A DNA stretch of 63,604 nucleotides, filler included, from Octopus bimaculoides (GCF_001194135.2; 5 parts of 5 records of this genome joined end to end with filler, not necessarily neighbours in it); one strand, 5' to 3'. Counted from the whole stretch's first letter, positions 39,518-53,268 are shown. Notes: generated from the sequence alone by a model not told the origin. Program-made: numbers and translations.

Positions 39518-39905
39518 GACGGGCTTCTTTCAGTTTCCTATTTCTTTATTGCCCACAAGGGGCTAAACATAGAGGGGACAAACAAGGACAGACAAAGAGA
39601 TTAAGTCGATTACATCGACCCCAGTGCGTAACTGGTACTTAATTTATCGACCCCGAAAGGATGAAAAGCAAAGTCGACCTCAGCGGAATTTGAACTCACA
39701 ACGTAACGGCAGACGAAATACCACTAAGCATTTCGCCCGGAGTGCTAACGTTTCTGCCAGCTCGCCGCCTTTTCTTTCAGTTTCCGTCTACCAAATCCAC
39801 TCACAAGGCTTTGGTCGGCCCAAGGCTATAGCAGAAGACACTTGGGACTAACCCTGGAACCATGTAGTTGGTCAGCTAGCTACTTACCTCACAGCTACTC
39901 CTGCG
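39518..39905 (-). mobile_element. SINE family A containing a nested family B copy (39539-39771)
   Basis: The B copy is flanked by the 14-bp direct repeat TTCTTTCAGTTTCC at 39525-39538 and 39772-39785. Confidence 0.9.
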
Positions 39906-40964
39906 CCTTTGTTGTTCAAAAAGAAGTTGATAGTCACGGCTGGATCACTTTGTGGCAGTCATAGATTTGCTGGAGATAGGTTAGCGTTGGGTTAAACAGC
40001 TACGATAAATGAATGTCTCGTGCTTGACTGAGTCAAACGACAATGAAAATAAAACTTCTTTATGAATTACTTGCCAGGATTTTGTTACGAAAAAGAAAAA
40101 GAAAAAAAAAAACGTACCGGTTGCTGTCATTATTTTAACAAATTTTAATTAAATTAAGGATATTGATATTTATGAGTAAAGAAAAAGATTAACAAAAAAA
40201 AAAAAAAAAAAAAAAAAAAAANNNNNNNNNNNNNNNNNNNNNNNNNNNNNNNNNNNNNNNNNNNNNNNNNNNNNNNNNNNNNNNNNNNNNNNNNNNNNNN
40301 NNNNNNNNNNNNNNNNNNNNNNNNNNNNNNNNNNNNNNNNNNNNNNNNNNNNNNNNNNNNNNNNNNNNNNNNNNNNNNNNNNNNNNNNNNNNNNNNNNNN
40401 NNNNNNNNNNNNNNNNNNNNNNNNNNNNNNNNNNNNNNNNNNNNNNNNNNNNNNNNNNNNNNNNNNNNNNNNNNNNNNNNNNNNNNNNNNNNNNNNNNNN
40501 NNNNNNNNNNNNNNNNNNNNNNNNNNNNNNNNNNNNNNNNNNNNNNNNNNNNNNNNNNNNNNNNNNNNNNNNNNNNNNNNNNNNNNNNNNNNNNNNNNNN
40601 NNNNNNNNNNNNNNNNNNNNNNNNNNNNNNNNNNNNNNNNNNNNNNNNNNNNNNNNNNNNNNNNNNNNNNNNNNNNNNNNNNNNNNNNNNNNNNNNNNNN
40701 NNNNNNNNNNNNNNNNNNNNNNNNNNNNNNNNNNNNNNNNNNNNNNNNNNNNNNNNNNNNNNNNNNNNNNNNNNNNNNNNNNNNNNNNNNNNNNNNNNNN
40801 NNNNNNNNNNNNNNNNNNNNNNNNNNNNNNNNNNNNNNNNNNNNNNNNNNNNNNNNNNNNNNNNNNNNNNNNNNNNNNNNNNNNNNNNNNNNNNNNNNNN
40901 NNNNNNNNNNNNNNNNNNNNNNNNNNNNNNNNNNNNNNNNNNNNNNNNNNNNNNNNNNNNNNNN

Positions 40965-41225
40965 ACACTGCATTTCACTTGTTCCAGTTCACTCAGCTGG
41001 CAAAAATGAGCTGTAATTAGTACCTGTAATTAAAAGCGTCAGCCTTGTCACGTTCTGGACCACGCTGAATCTCCCGAGAACCACGTTAAGGGTACACGTG
41101 TCTGTGGAGTGCTCAGCCACTTGCACGTTAACTCTACAAGCAGGCTGTTTCGTTAATCGGATCAACTGGAACCCTCGACGTCGTAACCGACGGAATACCA
41201 GTTTTTATGTTTAGAGGCCTTGACA
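40965..41225 (+). mobile_element. SINE family C, 3' portion
   Basis: TTAAGGGTACACGTGTCTGTGGAGTGCTCAGCCACTTGCACGTTAA..GTCGTAACCGACGG; copies at 51050, 52320 and 56305. Confidence 0.85.
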
Positions 41226-41310
41226 GACTGAGTTCAAATCTCGTTCTAGTCGACTTTACTGTTCATCCTTCCGAAAAGGTAGTTGTTGTTTAACCCTATG
41301 TCAGCCTGTT

Positions 41311-41410
41311 GAGGCTCGTGGCTTAGCGGTTAGGGTGTTGAACTCATGATCGTAAGGCTGTGGTTTCAATTCCAGAACCAAGCGATGCGTTGTGTTCTTG
41401 AGCAAGACAT
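41311..41410 (+). mobile_element. tRNA-like SINE head fragment
   Basis: GTGGCTTAGCGGTTAGGG..GGTTTCAATTCC..TGTGTTCTTGAGCAAGACA. Confidence 0.7.
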
Positions 41411-41899
41411 TTCGCCCGGCGCGCTAACGTTTCTGCCAGTTCGCTGCCTTATTTACCAGATTTTTCTTAGTGGAACGAAACTATTATGACAGGCGTTCCA
41501 ATGGTAGGAATCTATCACGAACTATATTGTAGAATTATCGTCTGCATTTAAGACAATACAGTATTGAAAACAATACAGTTATGATTTGTTGGAGTTTGGC
41601 TGTTATTTTTAGCAGGTTGAACGATCATGTTTCAGCTTCCTATTTAACAAAATTGTCTGTCAATGAACGATTTTTCTTATCCCGTTTCTTTTTATTCACC
41701 TTCACCTCTCTGTCATACTCTTCCCATTTCAGTTCTTCAGAGTGGGTGGATGAAGTGACATCCTTTAGGTATGGTTACATATATACATATATGTACATAT
41801 ATATACATATATGTGCATATATATACATATATACATATATGTGCATATATATACATATATACATATCACCACGTTGACTTTTTTATTATTAGATATGTG

Positions 41900-42115
41900 T
41901 AAGGCGGCGAGCTGGCAGAATCGCGAGCACGCTGAACGAAATGCTAAGCGGTATTTCGTCTGTCGCTACGTTCTGAGTTCAAATACCGCCGAGGTCGACT
42001 TTGCCTTTCATCCTTTCGAGGTCGATAAATTAAGTACCATTTTCATACTGGGGTCGATCTAATCGACTGGCTTCCTCTCACATAATTTCAGACCTTGTGA
42101 CTATAGTAGAAAGGA
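41900..42115 (+). mobile_element. SINE family B
   Basis: Full-length match. Confidence 0.9.
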
Positions 42116-42394
42116 TTACTAAATCTGTGTCAATAGCCTCTTCAGACGGCGACTTCAATATTACGATAATCCTTACGTTCTTAATTCAAAAACCAAAACT
42201 TATTTGCAAGGTGAATAATGGCAGAGTGAATGATCTTTAAAAACTTTGGTAAATAGTTGCTATAAGTTCGGTTCATGTCAATAACACTCTGAATGTGTCA
42301 TAATAAGTTGATACATCGACATAGCCAAGCAAGTTCTCTCACACACACAAACACAAACGCAAACGCTTATATATGTATGTATGTTATTATTTGG

Positions 42395-42860
42395 TTTTAT
42401 TTCAAGATTTCTTGCCAATAGAGAAAGAGCCGGTTTCTAGACTGGATCCAAGGCTCCTTCATTAGACTTTCAACAAAATCAAGAAGGCATTTGTGCACAT
42501 GTATGTGTGTATACATGCAATACTTGGAGTCAGTCCATGAGCAAATTTGTATCTGTTCTCATGCATATAATTGCCTGTCTAGACATGCGCATGTGTAATC
42601 AAATGCTAAAAGTCTGGAAGTTTTGAAAATGTTTAAATGTATGGATGTACGAATGTATGTATGTATGTATGTATGTATGTATGTATGTATGTATAAAAGC
42701 ATGCATGCATGTATGTATGTATGTATGTATGTATGTTATCAATCAGTTTCACATCTGTATTTCTTGTCCATAGAGAAAGAGCCGGACTCTAACATAGATT
42801 CAAGGCTCCTTCATTGGAACTTTTATCAACATCATCTAGGTATTTGTGCATATGTGTGTG
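42395..42860. repeat. Two about 110-bp direct repeats (family G)
   Basis: ATAGAGAAAGAGCCGG..CAAGGCTCCTTCATT at about 42419 and 42770. Confidence 0.8.
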
Positions 42861-43817
42861 TGTGTGCAGTATTTGGTGTTAGTGTATGCGCAGATTTGTA
42901 TGTTTGTTTTATGGATGCGTTTTTATGTCTAGATGCATGCATATGTATTTATGTGCTAAATTTTTGGAAAGTTTTACATATCTTTACAGTTCCATTGATG
43001 GCTTGAACCTGTAGTCGTCTAATCAGCCTTTTTATGTATGTATGTATGTATGTATGTATGTATCTATGTGTGTATTTATGTCATTCTGTTTTTAATCATT
43101 TAAATTCTTCTTCTTTGAGTTTAATTGAAGTCCTTCTTCAGAGAGTTCAAGCCGGTTGTTAACAAAGCGACAAGTCTTTTTGAGTTAAGAGACTTTCCGG
43201 TGTTTGTAAATACATGGTTGAGTTGTTGTGTTGGTTGAACTGTCGATGTATACACCCAACTGTGTTTATGTATTCACGTAAAAATCTCAGCTATGCATAT
43301 ATGTACTCATGTATGTATGCATGTCCTGGGTATAACTTTAAGCTACATCAAGTAGAGGAGTCTGATACGCAGGGAACCAACGTTTTGAGGATTGTGGAAC
43401 TACCTTTTGTCCCCTAATGTTCTCAGGTCTTCTTTAACCCTCTTGTTAGAGTTCCAGCTGTGAGTAACTAGCATATGAACTAATGAGAGTGAAGGTCACC
43501 CACTCCTCGTAGGTGAAGGGAAACTCGCATAAAAAAACCAAGTTCAGTTGGTGTCTGGTCGTCTCAATCTTTGTTGTGCCACTGGTTTTTGAGCTGGTTT
43601 CGGTGAAAAGTGGGTTCAATGCAGTGTTACACTTTATCGACCCAAAAGAAATTCATGTACAGGAACTTCTTGAACTCTTAGAACGTTTCCACGGACTTCC
43701 TGAGTCTAGGAACTGGTCTTACTCGGTCAAGGGTTGATTTCTACCATGCTTGCATGCGTGAATGTATGCATGTATATATATGTTTATGCATATCTACCTA
43801 CCTACCTACCTACCTAC

Positions 43818-43854
<37 letters not shown>

Positions 43855-43859
43855 AATCA

Positions 43860-43929
<70 letters not shown>

Positions 43930-45880
43930 GTTATGCTATTCAATTTACTAACTTACGGTTATATACTAACTGGACTATATGTTGGTGCGGATGTTTTATT
44001 TTTGAAAATTGAAGTGAAATGTGGTTCTAAAAACTTTGGGAACCAATGGCTCAATTTCGCCCTGGAGCGCTAGCACGAAACTCTTAACCTTTGAGCCTTA
44101 GATATAGCTTCTCGGCCATCCCTAACACACACACACACACATACACGTGTATGGTGTGTGTGTGTGCCTATGTATACATGTGTGTCTACGTCGCAGTGAC
44201 AATTTGATGCGGTACATTTAAATGGTTCTTGACGTCAACAGTATCAACGGCAGTCATTGTGAATATTCCCAAGAGTATGTGACATTACTACACTTTTGTC
44301 TAATTAAAAAAAAGTTAAGCTACTTGCATTCATTTAATACCTAGTTCGCCGTCTAAAGAGGTTGTTGACACTGGCATCAAGTCTATGTACATGTCTTATG
44401 ATTTATCGGTAAGCTCGCTGGCTATGTCCCTAAAAACGCAGCTTTATACGAAATCATTACAACAGAGCATAGATTGATACGAACACAAATAAAGGTGATT
44501 GCCCCAAGTAAATTGGCATAACAATTCTTAGACTTGCTGTCGCAACCTTTGAGTGTTTATTAACTGTACATAATCTCACACAGCATGATGTTGTGGATTG
44601 CAATCTAAATTTACAATAAAATTAATTAAGTTCTAAAGTCATCATGAAATTGTTGAACAGGTAAAATTAATGGACTTTAATTACGAGAACACAAAATGTA
44701 TTCATTATTATTTCAGTTGAAAAGTATCACCGAGAAATTGGACAAGAAATCATATTTCGGATACGTTTCCAGGCTAAGGCGTTTCTTTACTCATTTGTGA
44801 GTTTTCAAAAACTCCATTTACCAGTTTCGGCGTTTATTTTTAGTCTTCTCCCAGAAAGCAATTCACTGGAGGACGATTTTTTGTCCAGATAATCTGACCT
44901 CTCTTTGCCTTGTTGAGCTCCCAAGGAAACTTGTCCTTGCTTACCGTAATCTTGGTGATGCTATTTCTGAGGAATTCACTTGTAAGAATTATTTCTAGTG
45001 TTAATGGCTCTATAAGAGGACTGTCAAACTCATTTTAGATTCATTGCTAAAATCCTAAAATCCTTCAATAGATATACTGCTACCATAAGAATCTATTATA
45101 TCATATAAACTTTCCCTATTGACATATAACATTCGCCTTTTATTAAGCAGCTTAACGATATCATGACGAATGGTGCTGCTATTTCTTCAAAATTCAGGAA
45201 GTCATTTGCTTCCGATAATAGCTTCTTCCAAACAGTTCGTGCAGTTTTCATTTACTTCTTCCGACATGACAGTTTCTTTTTCTCTAAAGGTCCTTATATA
45301 TGGTTTATTTTGGTCATTCAATTATCCAACTTGTTTGAAATGTCAACGAAAATAGCTGTTTAATGTAATGTTCACATTGCTTAAATAAATGGAGTCGCAT
45401 GAAACGATCGTACTGCTGCATTGACTTTGAATATCCTTGTTGCTTATTTTGATTTTAATCACCTTTTTTTGGAATTGTATGGATTATTGTTTGGATTATT
45501 GTATGGATAATACCGTACTAAATTCTGGTGCCTCAACTTAAGTACCATATTCACCTTGAATCTAAATTTATATATATATATGTGTGTGCGTGTGTGTGCG
45601 TGTATGTATGTGTGTTTGTGCTCTTGTGTATGTGCGCGTGTGCATAAAATTATTAAAGCTAGTTTAAAAGTAGCAAAAAAAAAAAAACAGAAACAATTTA
45701 CTAAGGAGGGGACCAAATATTGAGGGAAGAATCAAATTTATTGTAATGTCTATGTAATGTCCAAAACAACCAGTGGTTGAATAAGCCGTCAGGCGAAACT
45801 CGAAGACCTTCGTCAACATGATAAAACACACATACGCACGCACACGTGCACACACATAGGCACACATTAAACACACTACA

Positions 45881-46100
45881 CGGCGAGCTGGCAGAAACGT
45901 TAGCACGCCGGGCGAAATGCTTAGCGGTATTTCGTCTGCCGCTACGTTCTGAGTTCAAATTCCGCCGAGGTCGACTTTGCCTTTCATCCTTTCGGGGTCG
46001 ATTAAATAAGTACCAGTTACGCACTGGGGTCGATATAATCGACTTAATCCGTGTTTGTCTGTCCTTGTTTGTCCCCCCTCTGTGTGGGTAGTAAAGAAAT
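45881..46100 (+). mobile_element. SINE family B (same tail subtype as the nested 39539 copy)
   Basis: Near-consensus sequence; tail GTTTGTCTGTCCTTGTTTGTCCCC..TAAAGAAATA. Confidence 0.9.
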
Positions 46101-46660
46101 AACACGTACGCAGGCACACATGAATACAAGCATACATACACTTGCCAAAATGTCGGTCATTGATTGTTGGAACCGCCGAAGCGATATATTGCAAAAATAA
46201 ATCAAAAATATAAAACTAAAATAAAATAAAATAACAAATAGAAAACAACAACAACAATAACAACAACAATAACAACATGAATATCTAATTTGATCCAATA
46301 ATGAAAACTGATTTATTTTGACGAGTTTACATTGAGTCGTAGAGAATGATGTAATGGCATAAAGCTTGTTGGCCTTATATGAGAAAGACGTAATAAACCT
46401 TAATTAGATAGTTGATCGATAAAACAGAGATGGAGGATGTGGAGGAGGTTGGGGATGGCAAGTGGGGGAAGGGAAGTACAATCCGACACATTTTTACTGT
46501 TTATATATAGCCGAGCACATACTCGTACACATACACATGTTCATGGATGTTATACACACATACGTTTTAGATTTTATACTCGCACACATGTTATGTATAT
46601 ATGTGTATATATATATATATACACACATACATATATATATATGTATATGTGTATATATAT

Positions 46661-46708
<48 letters not shown>

Positions 46709-47913
46709 NNNNNNNNNNNNNNNNNNNNNNNNNNNNNNNNNNNNNNNNNNNNNNNNNNNNNNNNNNNNNNNNNNNNNNNNNNNNNNNNNNNNNNNNNNNN
46801 NNNNNNNNNNNNNNNNNNNNNNNNNNNNNNNNNNNNNNNNNNNNNNNNNNNNNNNNNNNNNNNNNNNNNNNNNNNNNNNNNNNNNNNNNNNNNNNNNNNN
46901 NNNNNNNNNNNNNNNNNNNNNNNNNNNNNNNNNNNNNNNNNNNNNNNNNNNNNNNNNNNNNNNNNNNNNNNNNNNNNNNNNNNNNNNNNNNNNNNNNNNN
47001 NNNNNNNNNNNNNNNNNNNNNNNNNNNNNNNNNNNNNNNNNNNNNNNNNNNNNNNNNNNNNNNNNNNNNNNNNNNNNNNNNNNNNNNNNNNNNNNNNNNN
47101 NNNNNNNNNNNNNNNNNNNNNNNNNNNNNNNNNNNNNNNNNNNNNNNNNNNNNNNNNNNNNNNNNNNNNNNNNNNNNNNNNNNNNNNNNNNNNNNNNNNN
47201 NNNNNNNNNNNNNNNNNNNNNNNNNNNNNNNNNNNNNNNNNNNNNNNNNNNNNNNNNNNNNNNNNNNNNNNNNNNNNNNNNNNNNNNNNNNNNNNNNNNN
47301 NNNNNNNNNNNNNNNNNNNNNNNNNNNNNNNNNNNNNNNNNNNNNNNNNNNNNNNNNNNNNNNNNNNNNNNNNNNNNNNNNNNNNNNNNNNNNNNNNNNN
47401 NNNNNNNNNNNNNNNNNNNNNNNNNNNNNNNNNNNNNNNNNNNNNNNNNNNNNNNNNNNNNNNNNNNNNNNNNNNNNNNNNNNNNNNNNNNNNNNNNNNN
47501 NNNNNNNNNNNNNNNNNNNNNNNNNNNNNNNNNNNNNNNNNNNNNNNNNNNNNNNNNNNNNNNNNNNNNNNNNNNNNNNNNNNNNNNNNNNNNNNNNNNN
47601 NNNNNNNNNNNNNNNNNNNNNNNNNNNNATATATGTATATGTATATACACATATGCATACATACGTACGTACATATATGCATGTATATATGCACGCATCT
47701 ATACAACGTTGCATCGATTACGCACACACATATACACACGCGTCTATAAAGACGTCGTATAAAATGTGTTAACAGCCATCAAATATGTTCACGGAACATT
47801 TTGATGAACGAGCAATATAAGGCCAAATAGGAAAAATAAAATGAACTGTCTCGAATGGTTTATTGATAATTATCTTTCTGAGTAATTAGTTAATTAATGA
47901 CATGCATATAGTA

Positions 47914-48012
47914 ATTCTTCTTCTTCTTCTTCTTCTTCTTCTTCTTCTTCTTCTTCTTCTTCTTCTTCTTCTTCTTCTTCTTCTTCTTCTTCTTCTTCTT
48001 CTTCTTCTTCTT
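47914..48012. repeat. (TTC)n microsatellite abutting an R4 remnant
   Basis: Directly visible. Confidence 0.95.
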
Positions 48013-48790
48013 GTAATTTGGGTAGAGTAACTGCAAATTTCTCACTCTTTTTCACTAATCTTCAGCTTTATGTTAACATTCGCCGGGCAGCTAATTTCAA
48101 CAACTATACGCAGTTTCTCTTCTCTATTCTAAATCCTTGTATCAGGTCTGTTGTGCTTACATTTTATTGAGGTCTTCACTGGGACATTCCACCAGTATTC
48201 CTTTTTATTATGAGTGGCTATGGCGTCTACCAATATTAGGGTTCTTATTTCTTTGTCCGCAGGATTATTCTTCCGACAGATTTCACTATAGAGTCTCCTA
48301 GATACAACATCATGTCTCATCGGTAGATAATACCATGATAAGATTTTCGGACAACTGCTTATGATGTGGATGATATCTTCAGCGTGAACTCCACAAAGTC
48401 TGCATCGGTTGTCACATTTCACGGCTTTTCCCGCATCTCTATCCCTTTTGTGCGCCAGGTACTTGGTTGATATTTCCTGTTCCTGGATCGCAAACGCATA
48501 CCCTTCAAAGTGGGAGGTAGTAATCCGGCTATTGGTCCGTGATAAACTGCTTTGATGATCGATGTTACTATCATCACGGAGCTTTCTACTAACATATCCA
48601 TGCATAATCTTCTACTCATAGAGGCTCATCCTTTCATCTGATGATACATTGCGGTAGAGTCGTGCGACTTCTTTGAGCATGTATTCTAGGTTATCAAACA
48701 AAGAGTGTTGCTCAAGGAACTGCCTTCCAAGTTTTATGATATTATCAGCCTCATATGTGCAAACTTGGTCAAAGGATGCACTTCGACACT
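48010..48790 (-). mobile_element. R4/Dong-type LINE C-terminal remnant (CCHC knuckle and REL endonuclease)
   Basis: ORF 48129-48605: FEGYAFAIQEQEISTKY..CRLCGVHAEDIIHIISSC..RHD..YWWNVPV..HNRPD, continuing as VVEISCPANVNIKLKISEKE. Confidence 0.9.
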
Positions 48791-48902
48791 TGGTGTATGT
48801 ATGTGTGTGTGTATGTATGTATGTATGTATGTATGTATGTATGTATGTATGTATGCCTGTATATATGCATGTACGTACGGATGTATATCTAAGCATGCAT
48901 AC

Positions 48903-49025
48903 AAAGGCCTTCCGTACAGTTTCGTCCACCAATTTCTCTCACAAGGCTCTAGTCGTCCCGTGGTTATAGTAGAAAATATTTGACCAAGATGCAGAGCGGT
49001 GGGACTGAACGGGAAACAACATGGC
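48903..49025 (-). mobile_element. SINE family A, degenerate
   Basis: CTCACAAGGCTCTAGTCG..ATAGTAGAA..GTGGGACTGAAC. Confidence 0.75.
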
Positions 49026-50139
49026 TACACTCACCGAATATCAACCATATACGTTCTTCATTAGCTCTTTTCCTTTGGCTGATATCCTCCTCCTCCTCCT
49101 CCTCCTCCTCCTCCTCCTCATTCTCCTCCTCCTCCCCCTCCTCCTCATCCTCCTACTCTTCCTCCGTTTCCACTTGTCACTTCATCCACCCGCTTCATGG
49201 CTTATTTCCTATTCTGCACTGATAAATATTCTGTCAGTCTGTCCCTCGTTCTCTCTGTCTCACAGAATATTTCCAATCTAAGTTACCATCACCAACTGTA
49301 AACACTTCAACGCTTAGTAAACGTTTCATCTTTCTCCCTCATAGCAAAAATAATTCGTTCCTATTTACGAAATATTTGTACTTACAATTTCCCGTCCTAG
49401 ATCATCACAACTAGTTTTATTTCTTCTCATGTTAACGTTTCATGTTTATATATTTTTCTTACAAGCTTCCTAATAACGTCACATCACACATCTCAATCCT
49501 TTTACCCACCTCTTCCTCGTAGATTTACGCAATAAAATTCCCTTCTTAAAAGAACAAAAACATTTACAAGACGAGTTTCGGTATCAATTAAGGGGACCTT
49601 AGCAATACGGTTTGGATAGCAATTAAGAGATTCGCGAACGATATTGCTCCAAGCATTTCAAATTAAGAAGTGAAAAATCTTCGGCAAAATATACTAAGAA
49701 AAGAGTAAATATCTTGAGATGGGTTAGCATTTTATTAGTCTTCTACTTAAGATACACATCTTGGGATTTTTGGAAATCTGCCATCGCTGGCATATTTACA
49801 TAATTCTTCGGGCTTTCAGGTAACCAATAATCAAATATATATTGCTCGGTTTTCTAATCATCTAATGCACACAGTCGTAATCTACTTACGATATGGTGCG
49901 TGTGTACAAATGGACACACACGCACGCACACACACACACACACACACACGCGCGTGCACACACTCACATACACACACACAAATATATATACACATCCACA
50001 CATTATCTATCTATCTATCTATGTGTATGTATGTGTCTCTCTGTCGTCCATCTCTGTTTGTCCGTCTGATTGCCTGTCTGTCTCTGTGTCCCTTTGTCTA
50101 TCTATGTCTGCCTGTCTTTCTGTCTTTCTGTCTATCTAA

Positions 50140-50225
<86 letters not shown>

Positions 50226-50372
50226 GACTGTCTGTCTGTCTATCTGTGTGTATGTGTCTCTCTGTCGTCCATCTCTGTCCGTCTGTTGTCTGTCTGTCTC
50301 TGTGTCCCTATATCTATCTCTCTGTATGTATGTATGTATGTTTGTATGTCTATCTGTCTATCTATCTGTCTG

Positions 50373-50432
<60 letters not shown>

Positions 50433-51002
50433 CCTCTCTCTCCCCCTCTCCTTCCCTCTTTCTTCCACACACCAACAGTATAGGAAGTATGTGTTTACAT
50501 TCCTTTTTCACCCGGTGCAGTTTTATATTATCTCAATTTATTTCAGCACTTCTAATTCACATTGTACTGCGCATAATATAGAAATGCGTGCGCGCGCACA
50601 GGTGTATCAAAGATTATTAACTTAAAACAAGTTTCAGCAAAACAACAAAGCAACTGCTGATTGGTAGACTCAATTCTTAAGTAAGAGTAAAACTTTGTTA
50701 TATAATTCGGTTTGACTAGGACTTTAAATTTCGCCCGAAACCGGTCTGTTCAACAGTTCAACAACCTGTCTAACCTCGATAACCGCGGTGCCAGTATATC
50801 AGTATGGACACAAAACACTATGACAACTGTTTAGTCACTTATATATGGTGGGTTCAAGATATATAAGATAGATAATGAGATCTGTAGATAGAGAGGTAGA
50901 TAGATTGATCGAAAGATAGATTGATCGAAAGATAGATAGCTAAATAGATAGATAGGACAGAAAGATGAATAGAGAGGCAAATAGGAAGATAGAACGATAG
51001 AG

Positions 51003-51039
<37 letters not shown>

Positions 51040-51049
51040 TAGATAGCTG

Positions 51050-51430
51050 TTGGCACTCCGTCTGTTACGATGACGAGTGTTCCAGTTGTTCCGATCAACG
51101 GAACAGCCTGCTCGTGAAATTAACGTGCAAGTGGCTGAGCACTCCACAGACACATATAGCTTTAACATAGTTCTCTAGGAGATTCAGCGTGACACAGAGT
51201 GTGACAAGGCTGGCTCTTTGAAAAATAGGCACAACAGAAACAGGAAGAAAGTGTGAGAGAAAGTTGTAGTGAAAGAGTACGGCAGGGTTCGCCACCACAC
51301 CCTGCCGGAGCCTCGTGGAGCTTTTAGGTGTTTTCGCTCAATAAACACTCACAACGCCCGGTCTGGGAACCGAGACCGCGATCCTGTGACCGCGAGTCCG
51401 CTGCCCTAACCACTGGGCCATTGCGCCTAC
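51050..51430 (-). mobile_element. SINE family C, full length with tRNA-like head
   Basis: Reverse complement begins GTAGGCGCAATGGCCCAGTGGTTAGGGCAGCGGACTCGCGG..GGTCTCGGTTCCCAGACCGG. Confidence 0.9.
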
Positions 51431-51500
51431 ACAGATAGATAGCTAGATAGAGAATGAAAGAAGTAGTATTAGTATTAGTATTAATAGTAGTAGTAGTAGC

Positions 51501-51552
<52 letters not shown>

Positions 51553-51959
51553 ATGATTTCAAATTTATGAGGAGGGGGAGAGAGAATTACAATATCGTAT
51601 AAACTGATATTAAGATACTCATGTATAAATACGTGTGTGTGTTTGTGTCTGAAAGTGACTGCGTACATATGTGCGTGAGTGCGCGTGCGCATATGTAAGT
51701 GCGTGATGCGCGTGCGTGTACGTATGTGCGAAGAGAGAAAGAAAGTATATTAAAAATCAATCCTCATCAATAGTAATCATTCACATTGTTGGTTGCTTCG
51801 TCATGCTGTATATGTCACGCTAACATTTATTGAATTATGTAATTAATTGCTAAGTTTAACGGTATTATTGTTATCGATTACATAACAATTATTGCAAATA
51901 TGGAAGAGAGAAACGTGTTTATTTAATCTTATAATTTATTAAATACTTTTATATTGAAA

Positions 51960-52200
51960 ATTTGCATTCGATTCATTAAATTTGGTTGTGTTAGAACTTT
52001 CCGTTTCCTGGAAGGATTGCGTTGAGGAGGCAAATGAAAACAAGAGCTGTTGAGGCTATGCCAAAGCAGTGGATGGCAGGCTAGGTTGGAGGGAGAGAAC
52101 TGACAAGACAGTTCCCCTATAGAGCACACACAATGATCTGCATAGCAGTGATTAATTTATAGAAGGCCATCAGCTTGGCAGCAGAGGTAGTGTAGGTTGT
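51960..52200 (-). mobile_element. Possible CR1/L2-like LINE 3' remnant
   Basis: Weak motifs only (MAFYKLI; HS..CFHLP). Confidence 0.3.
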
Positions 52201-52316
52201 CTCAATATGGTTATGGATCAGAACGTCTAAATCCCGAGAAGGAGCAAAGATGACAAGGGTAGTACTAAATGGGGTTTGATCAATTCCGGCTGGGTCACCG
52301 AAATGAGGAAGTCTGA

Positions 52317-52575
52317 TGTTCTGTTGATCGGACCAACTGGAACCCTCATCGTCGTAACCGACGAACCCTGCTGTACTCTTTCACCACAACTTTCTCTCAC
52401 TCTTTCTTCCTGTTTCTGCTGTACCTGTATTTGAAAAAGCCAGCCTTGTCACTCTGTGTCACGCTGAATATCCCCCGAAGAACTACGTTAAGGGTACACG
52501 TGTCTGTGGAGTGCTCAGCCACTTGCACGTTAATCAACTGGAAACCTCGTCATCGTAACCGACGGAGTGCCAACC
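52317..52575 (+). mobile_element. SINE family C, rearranged partial copies
   Basis: A tail fragment precedes an internally deleted mid-to-tail fragment. Confidence 0.8.
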
Positions 52576-53233
52576 AATTCGTTGGCAGGAAAAGAGAAAT
52601 CAGCTGCACAAGCTCAACGGTGTTTTGTCTTTTTTTAACTTCGAATCGAAGCGAGCATTCATTCCGTTGTCTACAGTTAAGGAATAAATAAAGAATTCCT
52701 TTCCCGTCTGTTCAGGTAAATATAGCGCTTTGTAAATATAATCTGCGACACATTTATTNNNNNNNNNNNNNNNNNNNNNNNNNNNNNNNNNNNNNNNNNN
52801 NNNNNNNNNNNNNNNNNNNNNNNNNNNNNNNNNNNNNNNNNNNNNNNNNNNNNNNNNNNNNNNNNNNNNNNNNNNNNNNNNNNNNNNNNNNNNNNNNNNN
52901 NNNNNNNNNNNNNNNNNNNNNNNNNNNNNNNNNNNNNNNNNNNNNNNNNNNNNNNNNNNNNNNNNNNNNNNNNNNNNNNNNNNNNNNNNNNNNNNNNNNN
53001 NNNNNNNNNTATATATAAATGTGGGGGGAGTAGATGTGTGTGATGTAGATACACTCAAATATATTTTTCATAAATTGTTTAACTACATACATAGATACAC
53101 CCATCCATACATACATATGCAAATACATCCATATATATATATATATATATAAAGAAGTAAGGGGAAAGAGACAGAGAGCTATATATAATCTTATTATCTA
53201 ATGTTCATTGGGTGCAATGATGAATGCAATCTG

Positions 53234-53268
<35 letters not shown>

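Noticed and set aside
45777-45807. Hammerhead-like GCC-GTCA-GGC-GAAAC
   Set aside because: Core TTGAATA has two key mismatches and there is no helix I or III pairing.
50650-50752. CGAAACCGGTC hammerhead-like half
   Set aside because: No matching core and helix I at a plausible distance.
51355-51430. tRNA genes at SINE heads (also 55097-55256 and 41311)
   Set aside because: They have A and B boxes but broken acceptor or anticodon stems and continue into SINE bodies or tails.
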